From an uncultured Gemmatimonadota bacterium (lineage in GTDB: Bacteria; SM23-81; DAOVCL01), in contig CAZVGK010000033.1 in NCBI GenBank assembly GCA_964626665.1, positions 1 to 30,350 on the forward strand: a DNA stretch of 30,350 bases. Reading direction: 5' to 3'. A model generated the notes under the pieces. The model was given only the letters and a program-made list of their open reading frames with translations. It did not search any database and was not told where the DNA came from. How positions within the stretch are numbered: the first letter of the stretch is position 1; each line of letters starts with the position of its first letter. Of the stretch, positions 9,660 through 18,154 are shown piece by piece. The position numbers and the translations under genes are program-made.

Positions 9660-9729
9660 GCTTAACGAGCGGCGGGTAAGCGAATTTGGGCGGAGTAAAC
9701 TCCGCCGCTTACCCGCAGCCCCGTTATAT
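9660..9729 (-). other. attC recombination site
   Basis: GCTTAAC...gcgggtaagcg/cgcttacccgc, inner ggcggagt/actccgcc...GTTATAT. Confidence 0.9.
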
Positions 9730-9743
9730 GAAGTTGCCGATAT

Positions 9744-10646
9744 CTATTCCAATCCATAAACTTGTCTTGGTGCAAGATACTTTGGAAATTTATCTAAAAG
9801 GGCTAAGCGAACAAGATAGCAGAAATGACACGCGTCAACATACTTATCCTCATGTTTAACATTGTATTCTTTGGCTAAAAGAGCAGGCCCTCCTCTAACC
9901 AAAGGCCCACAGATCGGATGTGAATCAGCATTATAGTTCTTAACTATCATTGATAGGGGGGTTTCCCACATATTGCCCATACTCAACCCCTGACAGAGGT
10001 GGACGTTACCATATGGATCGAGATGAACTCTCTCTGGTTCTTTTAAATCTTCATACGGACATTCTGTGAATTCTTCCCACCTTCTTTGCGGAAGCCCTTC
10101 TACCAACTTTTCAACTGCCCTCCCTCTAAACATAGCGCCACCACCAATAACTGGCGCTCCTTTATTTTGCTCCTTATCTATATCTGCTTCAACCGTAGGC
10201 TTCTCAATGCAAATTGAATCGACAGGCATGCCTAATCTTTTTGCCGCAGCTAAAGCCCGTTTGGCAGGATTATCTTTTTCATCTTCATAATGGAATGAAT
10301 CGTCACTTATACTAAGGTCAGAAATTCCTAATTCAAGAAGAGGTTTAAGCCAAAGTTCTGCGTCTTCCTCGGATACTGCAAAATATGCATTAGTTACAAT
10401 ACCTACTTTGAAGCCGATCTTTCGAGCAATTTTGATTCCTTCAATCATTAGAGGGTAGAATAAAAACGGCTCACCACCTTCAAAGTATATCCATTTTATT
10501 GTACCAATCTTAGTTGCTTCATCAAGAGCCATCCGTATTTGGCTCAAAGTGAAAGTACCCTTGGCATCCGGGGCGCTGTATACAAAACAATGGTCACATT
10601 TTAAATTGCACATGTAAGTTAGAAGAAAATGGATTCCAGTTAGCAT
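9744..10646 (-). CDS. Radical SAM protein
   Basis: CNLKCDHC, GGEPF, C-terminal Cys cluster (SPASM-like). Confidence 0.92.
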   Translation of the reverse strand: MLTGIHFLLTYMCNLKCDHCFVYSAPDAKGTFTLSQIRMALDEATKIGTIKWIYFEGGEPFLFYPLMIEGIKIARKIGFKVGIVTNAYFAVSEEDAELWLKPLLELGISDLSISDDSFHYEDEKDNPAKRALAAAKRLGMPVDSICIEKPTVEADIDKEQNKGAPVIGGGAMFRGRAVEKLVEGLPQRRWEEFTECPYEDLKEPERVHLDPYGNVHLCQGLSMGNMWETPLSMIVKNYNADSHPICGPLVRGGPALLAKEYNVKHEDKYVDACHFCYLVRLALLDKFPKYLAPRQVYGLE

Positions 10647-10873
10647 GATACACCACCTCTACTAGCGAAGCTTCGCCTCAAACCGTCCAGCTATGGCAGC
10701 ATAGCCTGGGCGAAGCTTCGAATGTAAAATTAAGAATTTAGAATTAAGAATGAAAAAACTGAAGGCGAGGGGCCTGGGTCTAAGCTCATTGTCCATCTCT
10801 TTCTTCAGGCCCCAAAACTTGACACAAATTTTAAGATCTTGCCTTATGAAAATGACTAGATACAGACAATTTC

Positions 10874-10948
10874 ATATAACGGGGCGGTGGGTAAGCGAAT
10901 TTGGGCGGAGCCGTTTACCTGCTAATAGGCGAAGTGACGCTAGCCCCG
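10874..10948 (-). other. Degenerate attC site
   Basis: ATATAAC-ggggcggtgggtaagcgaatttgggcggag (same family as 9660); distal GTT core missing after gccccg. Confidence 0.7.
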
Positions 10949-10950
10949 AC

Positions 10951-11199
10951 CTAAAACCTATCAGGCATCGTTTGAGCAACTGGTATAGATTCTGTTCTCG
11001 CAGGAGGTCGTTTGCCCTCGGCGATTTCGTCGACTCTTTTCAGTATCGTTGAATGATAATATCGGTAGCCACACTTATTGCATATTCCTACGGGCACATT
11101 TTCAAGCATAACGAAGCCATTTTTGTGTTTGAAGACTTCCTTTTTCACCAGTCGCTCTTTGACAGTGCCCCCGCAATATTCACAACTATAGCCATACAT
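10951..11199 (-). CDS. YgiT-type zinc finger protein (putative antitoxin)
   Basis: CEYCGG...ENVPVGICNKCG. Confidence 0.85.
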   Translation of the reverse strand: MYGYSCEYCGGTVKERLVKKEVFKHKNGFVMLENVPVGICNKCGYRYYHSTILKRVDEIAEGKRPPARTESIPVAQTMPDRF

Positions 11200-11215
11200 T
11201 CCCCTTTCCCTCCTG

Positions 11216-11500
11216 TTAAGTAATTGCGTAAACCGTTATGATTAAAAAAGTTTCTGTTTCCTTAAACCGACCTACTACTCCTACTGGTGTAGATTGGTCA
11301 CTACTTACTCCTTTTATTACGTATTTGACACCACGAGGATCACCTTTTTCTTTCTTTACAATCTTACCACTTAAAATAGCACTCTCCACATCAAAGATTC
11401 CAAGCCTATCCTCTGCCATTTCTTCAACAGCATGATGTGTCATGTCGTAGTTCCCCGTTCCGATCGCATAGCGTATCTTATCAATTATACGTCGAGACAC
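11216..11500 (-). CDS. DUF4258-like putative toxin
   Basis: THHAVEEM...IITVY motifs; upstream of the YgiT finger gene; GTG start after AGGAGG. Confidence 0.82.
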   Translation of the reverse strand: MSRRIIDKIRYAIGTGNYDMTHHAVEEMAEDRLGIFDVESAILSGKIVKKEKGDPRGVKYVIKGVSSDQSTPVGVVGRFKETETFLIITVYAIT

Positions 11501-11542
11501 TTAGTGTCCTCCTATTGTGATCACTAAATCATATTATATCCC

Positions 11543-11628
11543 GACAGGCTAAATGACGCTCCTATTTTGCCTGGTGGCCTATATAAGCTCCGAAGTCTGG
11601 TTATACCTCAGTTCCATGCCGTTGCCAG
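11543..11628. repeat. 103-bp element copy C (right end lost)
   Basis: Highly similar to copy B up to ttccatg, then runs into the TA-cassette end sequence. Confidence 0.8.
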
Positions 11629-11634
11629 TTTGCT

Positions 11635-11850
11635 CTATGCCGTTTCAATTGGAATCTCGTACTTTACAGGCAATAGTCTTTCTAAATTCAAACGCTTAGA
11701 AGCATCAAGGATCTCAATGCCCACAATTCTGTCACTTTCCCCCACATCCAACACGATATCCTCAGAAAGCCGCTTGTTAATCACAGGCTGTTTCCGGTCA
11801 TCTAAGCGAATGTAAAGCAAATCAGTCTTGGCATTATACAGTATCTGCAT
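11635..11850 (-). CDS. DUF2283-like protein (TA partner)
   Basis: YNAKTDLLYIRL...IVGIEILDAS signature; 71 aa from the ATG at 11850. Confidence 0.85.
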   Translation of the reverse strand: MQILYNAKTDLLYIRLDDRKQPVINKRLSEDIVLDVGESDRIVGIEILDASKRLNLERLLPVKYEIPIETA

Positions 11851-12115
11851 TTTCTCCCTCCCATTTTCCATAAAAGACATATACCGTCACGGTTATCATA
11901 ATCTCTTTTTCTGTGGTGTAGATTACCTCGACTCTCTTCTGCTCATAATACTTACCGTGGCGTTTCCGCTTAAAATCATAAACTTTGGTTTTCCCGATAC
12001 GACCATATCTCGCCGGAATAGGGAACCCTGTATTGACCACATCTTTGATTCCATCTTCATTCGTGCCGCGTTCCTCAGCACGTTCCAGAGTATGAAGATC
12101 GATCTGGATTTCCAT
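11834..12115 (-). CDS. DUF4258-like putative toxin
   Basis: HTLERAEERG...ITVTVY; 93 aa; overlaps the DUF2283 start. Confidence 0.8.
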   Translation of the reverse strand: MEIQIDLHTLERAEERGTNEDGIKDVVNTGFPIPARYGRIGKTKVYDFKRKRHGKYYEQKRVEVIYTTEKEIMITVTVYVFYGKWEGENADTV

Positions 12116-12157
12116 CCCTGTTCTCTTTGAGCTCCCCTTGTAAGTGCTGGCCATGGC

Positions 12158-12244
12158 AGACAACGTTCCGAGCGTAGCTGAAGTCGACGAAGGGGAATGT
12201 GGTCGGAGTGCCGAAGGCACGCAGCCAGATATACTTTGTTAGGC
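12158..12244 (-). other. attC recombination site (partly degenerate)
   Basis: AGACAAC...agcgtagctg/cagatatact...GTTAGGC; shares the gagtgccg..aggcacg hairpin with the 7185 site. Confidence 0.75.
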
Positions 12245-12253
12245 GAAGCCTTT

Positions 12254-12883
12254 TTATTCATATCTTACCTCTATGCCACTAGTTTTACTCAATTTATAAA
12301 AGGAAACGAATCGCTTTATGGAATCACTAGCTGATTTGACCTTCTTACTCAGTTTCTTATACCTCCTAAGAAGATATTCTTCTAAGTCACCGGAAAACAC
12401 GAAAGATACGCCGGAAGTCATATTGAAATTTTTAAATGGAATGAGTCTAATAAATAATAATAATCCGGGAATAGCGGTTTTACTGAATGCAATGTCTATT
12501 ATCTTCATGTTATCTTTTTTGTTCAAAATGTCATTTAAGAGTAATGTATTTTCTGCTTCAGAGATAGAAGCAACTTTGAATAGAGAAGTATATGACGAGA
12601 GTAAAGCATGCAATATGTCTTTCTCTACCTCATTTTGCCAGCCTATCTTCTCCCGATAAATCTCGATGGTATTCTTATTATTCACTCTATATTCGTTAAG
12701 AGCAAAATCCATTAAAACGCTTGTTTCATCCTCGCTATCAAATACAAAGGTATCTCCTCGAGCAACACCAAGTAATCTCGCTGATCTCATCAATACATCA
12801 CGATCAAGGCAGGAATCCATTATTTTATGATTTAATTCTCTGCCAATTTTTCTATATGCTTTATATTTTTTCACAAGAGTCAT
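12254..12883 (-). CDS. Hypothetical protein (cassette gene)
   Basis: 209-aa ORF bounded by matched cassette ends. Confidence 0.8.
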   Translation of the reverse strand: MTLVKKYKAYRKIGRELNHKIMDSCLDRDVLMRSARLLGVARGDTFVFDSEDETSVLMDFALNEYRVNNKNTIEIYREKIGWQNEVEKDILHALLSSYTSLFKVASISEAENTLLLNDILNKKDNMKIIDIAFSKTAIPGLLLFIRLIPFKNFNMTSGVSFVFSGDLEEYLLRRYKKLSKKVKSASDSIKRFVSFYKLSKTSGIEVRYE

Positions 12884-12907
12884 GGCAATCTTTCCTCATA
12901 AGGTTTC

Positions 12908-13040
12908 GCCTAACGGACGGCGGGTAAGCGAATTTAGGCGGAGTGGAGCAAAGTCACTTATCCTCCTAAATCCGTGCATTGATTCTGTTAAACTCGATTC
13001 CGGAGAAAACACAGTTCTTCAATAGATTCAGAAGTTAGGC
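12908..13040 (-). other. attC-like site, possibly chimeric
   Basis: GCCTAAC-ggacggcgggtaagcgaattt ... GTTAGGC; arms pair poorly. Confidence 0.65.
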
Positions 13041-13056
13041 GATCCAGCGAACTCGC

Positions 13057-16000
13057 TCACCTAAGAATCCCTTTGACTAACGCGTCAATTTCTTTCAATT
13101 CGTCTTTCAGCATCTCCCGTACCATTCCGCGCAGTTTGCCAATGCTCTTAATTTTTCCTGGGCCACCGCTTGCCAGCCATTGGTCTACTTTAGCGCTGCA
13201 TTCCCTGCCCGACTTTGCCAGCCGCTGATGGACGGCGTTCTTCGCATCGAATTGAGGGATGGGAAGTTCGAGAACCTTTTTGCAGATGTCACGCGGACCC
13301 CACAAACCGCGGCTCTGCATCGGTTTAATCAGCTTGTCAACCACGGGCGCGTTGAGAACAGCCGCCAGGTAAGGGGCCTCGTAGCTGTTGATTGTATCGT
13401 AGTAATAAGTCTTGTAATCCGCAAGGAATCCATGCGCCGTGAGACACTGCCCATCGATTTCAAACTCAATTGGCTCGTTTTCAACGACTGCCGCGGTCAG
13501 AAATGTGCCAGAAGTATTGTAAATGATCCGATACTCGGCTTGTAAACTTTGTGCCGTCAGCGCATGAAATCGGTCAAGCCGTTCGTAGACGTTCATACGT
13601 GCTGCTTTTGCACTGCGCCGCCTGGCCCATTCTTCCTCCGCTTTCTCCAGCCACTGCGCCAGATGCAAGAAGCCGCGTTGACGGGCTCCGTTAGCATCAA
13701 TCAGCTTATAGTGGTCTCCTTCTGGCTCAATTGGCAGCACGAGAAGACGGTAATCAAGATGCCCAAAGGGAAGCAAGTCTGTTGAGAGAAGGGTCGCATA
13801 GAGAAAGCGATTTTCCACCATATCTTGGAAAAATACACTTTTATATGCATCCTTAGCTTGCTCTTTTGCCTGGTCAGCCGTTTCCAGCGGTGGCAAATTA
13901 GGGTTGAATCCGAGCGGTGATGGTCTCAATTGTACAAACCAGAACGATCGGGGGAAAATCGTTGCGCCCAGCATAAATTGCTTCTTGTAGTAGCTCTCCC
14001 CTCGCGTGATCATAGCGGTCCCCGTGGCCCAGAAGGAACGCTGGCCCCGAATATGAACCGAGAACTCAACATCCTCCACCGTGAGTGCACTCTCAGCCTC
14101 GGCAAGCAAGGCGTTTTTCCGTTTCAGTTTTCCGTTCAGGAGTTGCCCCGCGACGGGATACTTAACTTTCGCGGTTTGGCTCTTCTCAGCTATCAAAACA
14201 CAGGCAGGCACATTGAACAGTGGCTTAACGTTCTCGCAGTCCCAAACCTCACCCCAAAAGAGATTTCGCCTTGCGTCTTCGCTGAATTTGAAGGCACGCT
14301 TGCGCAGTCCGTCGTGCTGGTCGGCGCTGAACAAACTCCTGGGCAAAACGAATGCAATCGTCCCACCGCTTTTAAGATACAAGTCCGCCGCTCTCACCAG
14401 GAACAGCGTCGCCACCTCCATCTGGGTAATAAGTTCACCCCGTCCGGTAAGGAGTTTGTACTCCTGCGTGATTTGCCGTTTCAGAAAAGCCTGATAGACG
14501 GGTTCCATGAAGCGGAAGGCGAGCCACGGTGGATTGCCCATAACAAAATCAAATCTGCGTTTGAAAAAGAGCGGTTTGTAGATGTTTTTCAGGACGAACG
14601 CCCAAATCGTGTCGCGATCGCTATCAATAAAGTGTTTCAATACCTCCGCAATAGCATAGAGTGAGAGAACGAGACCATCATCGTCGATTCCGGGAAAATG
14701 TTGTGCCACGAGGAAATTACGAAATGGTTCCAATGTGATAGGTTTGCCCTTGTTTTGCCGTGCGAACTCTTTCGCCAGTTCAATCGCTTGATCAAAGAGT
14801 CCAACATCCTTAACCAGCAACTCAGGCAGATGGATTTCTTTCCCGTCAAGTTCAACGCGGTAGCCTGGCAACTGCTCTACCAGGGCTCCATTTGTTACAC
14901 CTATTTTTTGCTGTTTTACTAACTCCGGTAACTTGATCGCGTCTGCAAGGTAGACGGGGATTGTAACCGTGCCCCTCCGTTTCTTCAGCAAGTCACCGAG
15001 AGCAAGGATATAGTTGGTCTTGGCAATGATAACCGCGAGGGGGTGAATGTCCACGCCATACACCGAGTCGAGAATATGGCGGAGCGTCTGTAACGAGCCT
15101 CCGAGCCTTTCACGCTTTTCGCGGATGGCTAAATAGAGAAATGTGCCTGAACCACAGGCGGGGTCAAGCATCGCTCCGTGCGGGTTGGCATCAAGCAATT
15201 TGCGGACCATGCGGTGGGCAAGCCAATCGGGGGTGTAGAACTCACCCAGGTCGTGCCGCGTTTCGGGATCTACCAGTTCTTGATACAGTGATTTTAACAC
15301 ATCTTCCGAGAGTTCACGCAGATTGTAATTCTGCAACAGGCTAAATAACCAGCGCACCACACTGACACCAATTTTTACGGCCTCTGCACGTGCCAGCCAG
15401 GAGAAGAAATCCTCCTCGATGAAATTCTCAATCCCCTGAGCCTTGAACAATTGCCCTTCAAGCATCTCGACGATTTGCGCGTCTTCAGGCAGTCTCGTGC
15501 TTTCGCTGATGCGCATCCACGACATCAGTTTCGCCAGAGTGGCCAGGTAGGTGTGACGAACAAAGAGTTCATCGCCAGTTACCTCACTACCATACACGAT
15601 ACGGAGATACTTCTCCCAACTATCATAAATGACCGCGAAGGCGCTCTGTGCCTTAATCTCTTGCCACAGTATTAGAAGAGCGCTCGTGGCGGTTTGAACG
15701 GCGTGGCTTTTCACGCCGAAATCACGCACAATTATCTCGCTGGTCGGATGTAGAATCTCTTTGCGTAAGAAATAGCGGTCGAGCCAGTAGAAAATCTCTT
15801 GAGGTTTGAGTTTTGTCCAATCCGCTTCTTCAAGCACTTGTAAGCACACATCATCTGGCGCCACATCTTTGGTGATGGCGTTGACGAATGTCGGCGAATA
15901 GGTTATGAAGTGGACACCATCTGTGGCGATACAGAGGTAGGGTGTGCGGGCATCGGGGGGTTCCTGGGACCAGAGAATCGCCACATAGCGGCGCAATTGC

Positions 16001-16329
16001 TCTTCGGCTTCGCCGCGCTTTTTGGGAATATTTACCTCAAACTCAATAATGATATTGCCAAAGAGGTTGTCCGCTCTGCCTTTCAGAATACGATCTTTCT
16101 GCCTCACCTTCAGATATTGCTCAATGCCAGTGCTATAGGTCTCGATGAAGTTGGGTTCAATGCTGAGGAGTTGCTGGACAAGCATCGCAAAGCGGTGCGA
16201 GCGTGCTGATTCTTTGTTCAGTTGCCCCACTTCGCGCAAATATTGTGGGATAGTATCTTCCCATTGCACCTGGCGCGTTTCAGGGATACGGACGGCTTTT
16301 TCGGTGAGTTTCGTTTTTTTTCTCACCAT
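13057..16329 (-). CDS. Type IIG-like fused restriction-modification enzyme (gamma-class N6-adenine MTase)
   Basis: GEFYTP, DPACGSGTF, NPPW motifs; N-terminal ADNLFGNIIIEFE nuclease-like region; C-terminal TRD-like region. Confidence 0.88.
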   Translation of the reverse strand: MVRKKTKLTEKAVRIPETRQVQWEDTIPQYLREVGQLNKESARSHRFAMLVQQLLSIEPNFIETYSTGIEQYLKVRQKDRILKGRADNLFGNIIIEFEVNIPKKRGEAEEQLRRYVAILWSQEPPDARTPYLCIATDGVHFITYSPTFVNAITKDVAPDDVCLQVLEEADWTKLKPQEIFYWLDRYFLRKEILHPTSEIIVRDFGVKSHAVQTATSALLILWQEIKAQSAFAVIYDSWEKYLRIVYGSEVTGDELFVRHTYLATLAKLMSWMRISESTRLPEDAQIVEMLEGQLFKAQGIENFIEEDFFSWLARAEAVKIGVSVVRWLFSLLQNYNLRELSEDVLKSLYQELVDPETRHDLGEFYTPDWLAHRMVRKLLDANPHGAMLDPACGSGTFLYLAIREKRERLGGSLQTLRHILDSVYGVDIHPLAVIIAKTNYILALGDLLKKRRGTVTIPVYLADAIKLPELVKQQKIGVTNGALVEQLPGYRVELDGKEIHLPELLVKDVGLFDQAIELAKEFARQNKGKPITLEPFRNFLVAQHFPGIDDDGLVLSLYAIAEVLKHFIDSDRDTIWAFVLKNIYKPLFFKRRFDFVMGNPPWLAFRFMEPVYQAFLKRQITQEYKLLTGRGELITQMEVATLFLVRAADLYLKSGGTIAFVLPRSLFSADQHDGLRKRAFKFSEDARRNLFWGEVWDCENVKPLFNVPACVLIAEKSQTAKVKYPVAGQLLNGKLKRKNALLAEAESALTVEDVEFSVHIRGQRSFWATGTAMITRGESYYKKQFMLGATIFPRSFWFVQLRPSPLGFNPNLPPLETADQAKEQAKDAYKSVFFQDMVENRFLYATLLSTDLLPFGHLDYRLLVLPIEPEGDHYKLIDANGARQRGFLHLAQWLEKAEEEWARRRSAKAARMNVYERLDRFHALTAQSLQAEYRIIYNTSGTFLTAAVVENEPIEFEIDGQCLTAHGFLADYKTYYYDTINSYEAPYLAAVLNAPVVDKLIKPMQSRGLWGPRDICKKVLELPIPQFDAKNAVHQRLAKSGRECSAKVDQWLASGGPGKIKSIGKLRGMVREMLKDELKEIDALVKGILR

Positions 16330-16330
16330 A

Positions 16331-16633
16331 TCAGTGCTTTTTCCGATCCATAAAACGGCGTGCTAATTCAAAAGCTGCGGCAATACGAATGATTTTTACA
16401 TCGGACAAGCCCTTGATCTCCAACAATTTCTCAAGCGGTTGATTCGCCAGCCCCTCAAGCGAACCAAATTCTTCGAGAACCTCTTCGGCTATTTTATCTG
16501 CAGGTTTCCCTCGAATGCCCGTTGAGATCAGAATAGCAAGAAGCTCTGCATCGGTGAGGCTGTCTGCACCTTGCTCTCTCAGTTTCCCCCCAGGGTGCTT
16601 CCATTTGGTTATCAAGAGTTCATCTCCTCCCAT
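16331..16633 (-). CDS. UPF0758/RadC N-terminal HhH domain-only protein
   Basis: KLREQGADSLTDAELLAILISTG...IKGLSDVK...AAFELARR; no JAB/MPN domain. Confidence 0.85.
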   Translation of the reverse strand: MGGDELLITKWKHPGGKLREQGADSLTDAELLAILISTGIRGKPADKIAEEVLEEFGSLEGLANQPLEKLLEIKGLSDVKIIRIAAAFELARRFMDRKKH

Positions 16634-16664
16634 TGATTATCTGGCAAAGTCGCTGTTTCGCCAC

Positions 16665-16767
16665 AATAAGCTAAGTAACACTTCCTTTTCGTCAGTTGGC
16701 TTGCACTAGGAACCAAGTTTGGTTACACATCTGCTTCGTGGCACACGCCAGCGCCATTTAGCTTATC
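16665..16767. repeat. 103-bp attC-abutting element, copy D
   Basis: ataagctaa/ttagcttat IR; same length as copy B; followed by ggacggcgggtaagcg (attC arm). Confidence 0.8.
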
Positions 16768-16795
16768 GGACGGCGGGTAAGCGATGTACCCACTC
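16761..16795 (-). other. Half attC remnant with GAT core
   Basis: gcttatc-ggacggcgggtaagcga matches gcctaac-ggacggcgggtaagcga (12908) except in the core. Confidence 0.7.
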
Positions 16796-17080
16796 TCATT
16801 GATATTCAGGAAAATAATCAGCTATATTCTCCCCATTATAGTAAACATCACATAGTAAGCGACCATAGGTAATCCTGATGGGGTTCTTAAGTTCAACTTC
16901 CTTGTTGAGTATCAAGCTTGTAAGTCTGTCCTTCGCGGTTTGATACCCTGGTTCACCTTCCTCAGGGGTATCATAACCATTCGCCCTTACGACACTTCCC
17001 GTCTGCTCATTCCATTTCCAATTAGGTGATACTTCAAAAGTATCTCCATCAATTACTTTTATCACTGTAAAACTCATCAT
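16796..17080 (-). CDS. Thermonuclease (SNase-like) family protein
   Basis: VIDGDTF, RANGYDTPE, YGRLLCDV motifs. Confidence 0.88.
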   Translation of the reverse strand: MMSFTVIKVIDGDTFEVSPNWKWNEQTGSVVRANGYDTPEEGEPGYQTAKDRLTSLILNKEVELKNPIRITYGRLLCDVYYNGENIADYFPEYQ

Positions 17081-17094
17081 TGTCCTCCTTTTTG

Positions 17095-18072
17095 TTATTC
17101 TGCGAGTATCTCTTCTTTAAGTATTTCTTCTGCTGGTCTTTTTGTAACTTTAAGAGTCAAATCAAGATACTTAGATTCAATGTTTTCCGCTTTAATAAAG
17201 GTCCCTATTTTGTAGTCACCTTTTTTGAGTGGTGTAATAATTAAAGAGCCCAATACTAAATATGTATCTCCGTGGATTAAGGGCGCTGTATAACGAACAA
17301 TCTGATTCGTCTTATCAGTATAGATTGAATAGTAACCAGTTTTTTCAATGATAAAATCATACGGGAAAATAAAACCGATTTCTATATTTTTTGCCATTCG
17401 GGGTTCACTATTTCTTATTCCTACTTTTAATTCTTGTTTCTTATTGGCTGATATTGCAATTTTACCTGCATCATTTTTAATGTCCTCGTCATCTATGGTT
17501 ACATAAACATTCTCTAAAAAGTATTGAGCTCCCTCTTCCGCTTTTTCCACTAATGTTGATAATAATTCTATTGTTTTCATATCCATATCCTTTTTATCAT
17601 CATCGATAGTTTTTCTTACTTCAATTATGATACCTAACAACTTCCACAAAGCAACTATGGCATAGGCAAAACATATTAAACTTACTGCGATGGATAATCC
17701 TACACAATAAATATTGGTTTTAGTTAAAATGGCTAATATTGCTCCTAAAAAGGAAATCAAAAGGGGTAGAAATAGCCGGAATATTTGCTTTTTAGGATTT
17801 AAATAAGACAATTTAGTTTCTGCGGTTTTTTTGATGGCTTCCAGTTTTTCTAAACCCTGTTTTATCTCCGCCACATCTGTCTTTTCTGCTTCTCCTATCT
17901 TTTTGAGCTGTTCCTTGATATTTTTTTCACTTTGGGACTTTTCATTTTTATATTGGGTAGCTAATTTTAATGTTCCTTCTCTGAACATAGATAATAGAAC
18001 TACTAAAATGGGAGCTACAACCCCCACGAATGTAAGTATTAGATAACCAAATAATTGAATAGCCAGTTCCAT
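17095..18072 (-). CDS. Membrane protein with TM helices, coiled coil and C-terminal beta-rich domain
   Basis: Three TM segments; GGAGGTG RBS before the ATG at 18072. Confidence 0.8.
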   Translation of the reverse strand: MELAIQLFGYLILTFVGVVAPILVVLLSMFREGTLKLATQYKNEKSQSEKNIKEQLKKIGEAEKTDVAEIKQGLEKLEAIKKTAETKLSYLNPKKQIFRLFLPLLISFLGAILAILTKTNIYCVGLSIAVSLICFAYAIVALWKLLGIIIEVRKTIDDDKKDMDMKTIELLSTLVEKAEEGAQYFLENVYVTIDDEDIKNDAGKIAISANKKQELKVGIRNSEPRMAKNIEIGFIFPYDFIIEKTGYYSIYTDKTNQIVRYTAPLIHGDTYLVLGSLIITPLKKGDYKIGTFIKAENIESKYLDLTLKVTKRPAEEILKEEILAE

Positions 18073-18154
18073 TATTTCACCTCCTAAGATCGGAAAATGA
18101 TAGGTATCCACATTTCATGACATAAAACTGTTCACAAAAAAGAGCTACCGTTTC

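Noticed and set aside
12116-12220. N-terminal extension of the 128-aa ORF
   Set aside because: Crosses the attC site; the paralog indicates the start at 12115
13180-16366. Plus-strand ORFs opposite the type IIG gene, and similar shadow ORFs elsewhere
   Set aside because: Antisense to well-supported genes, with no motifs
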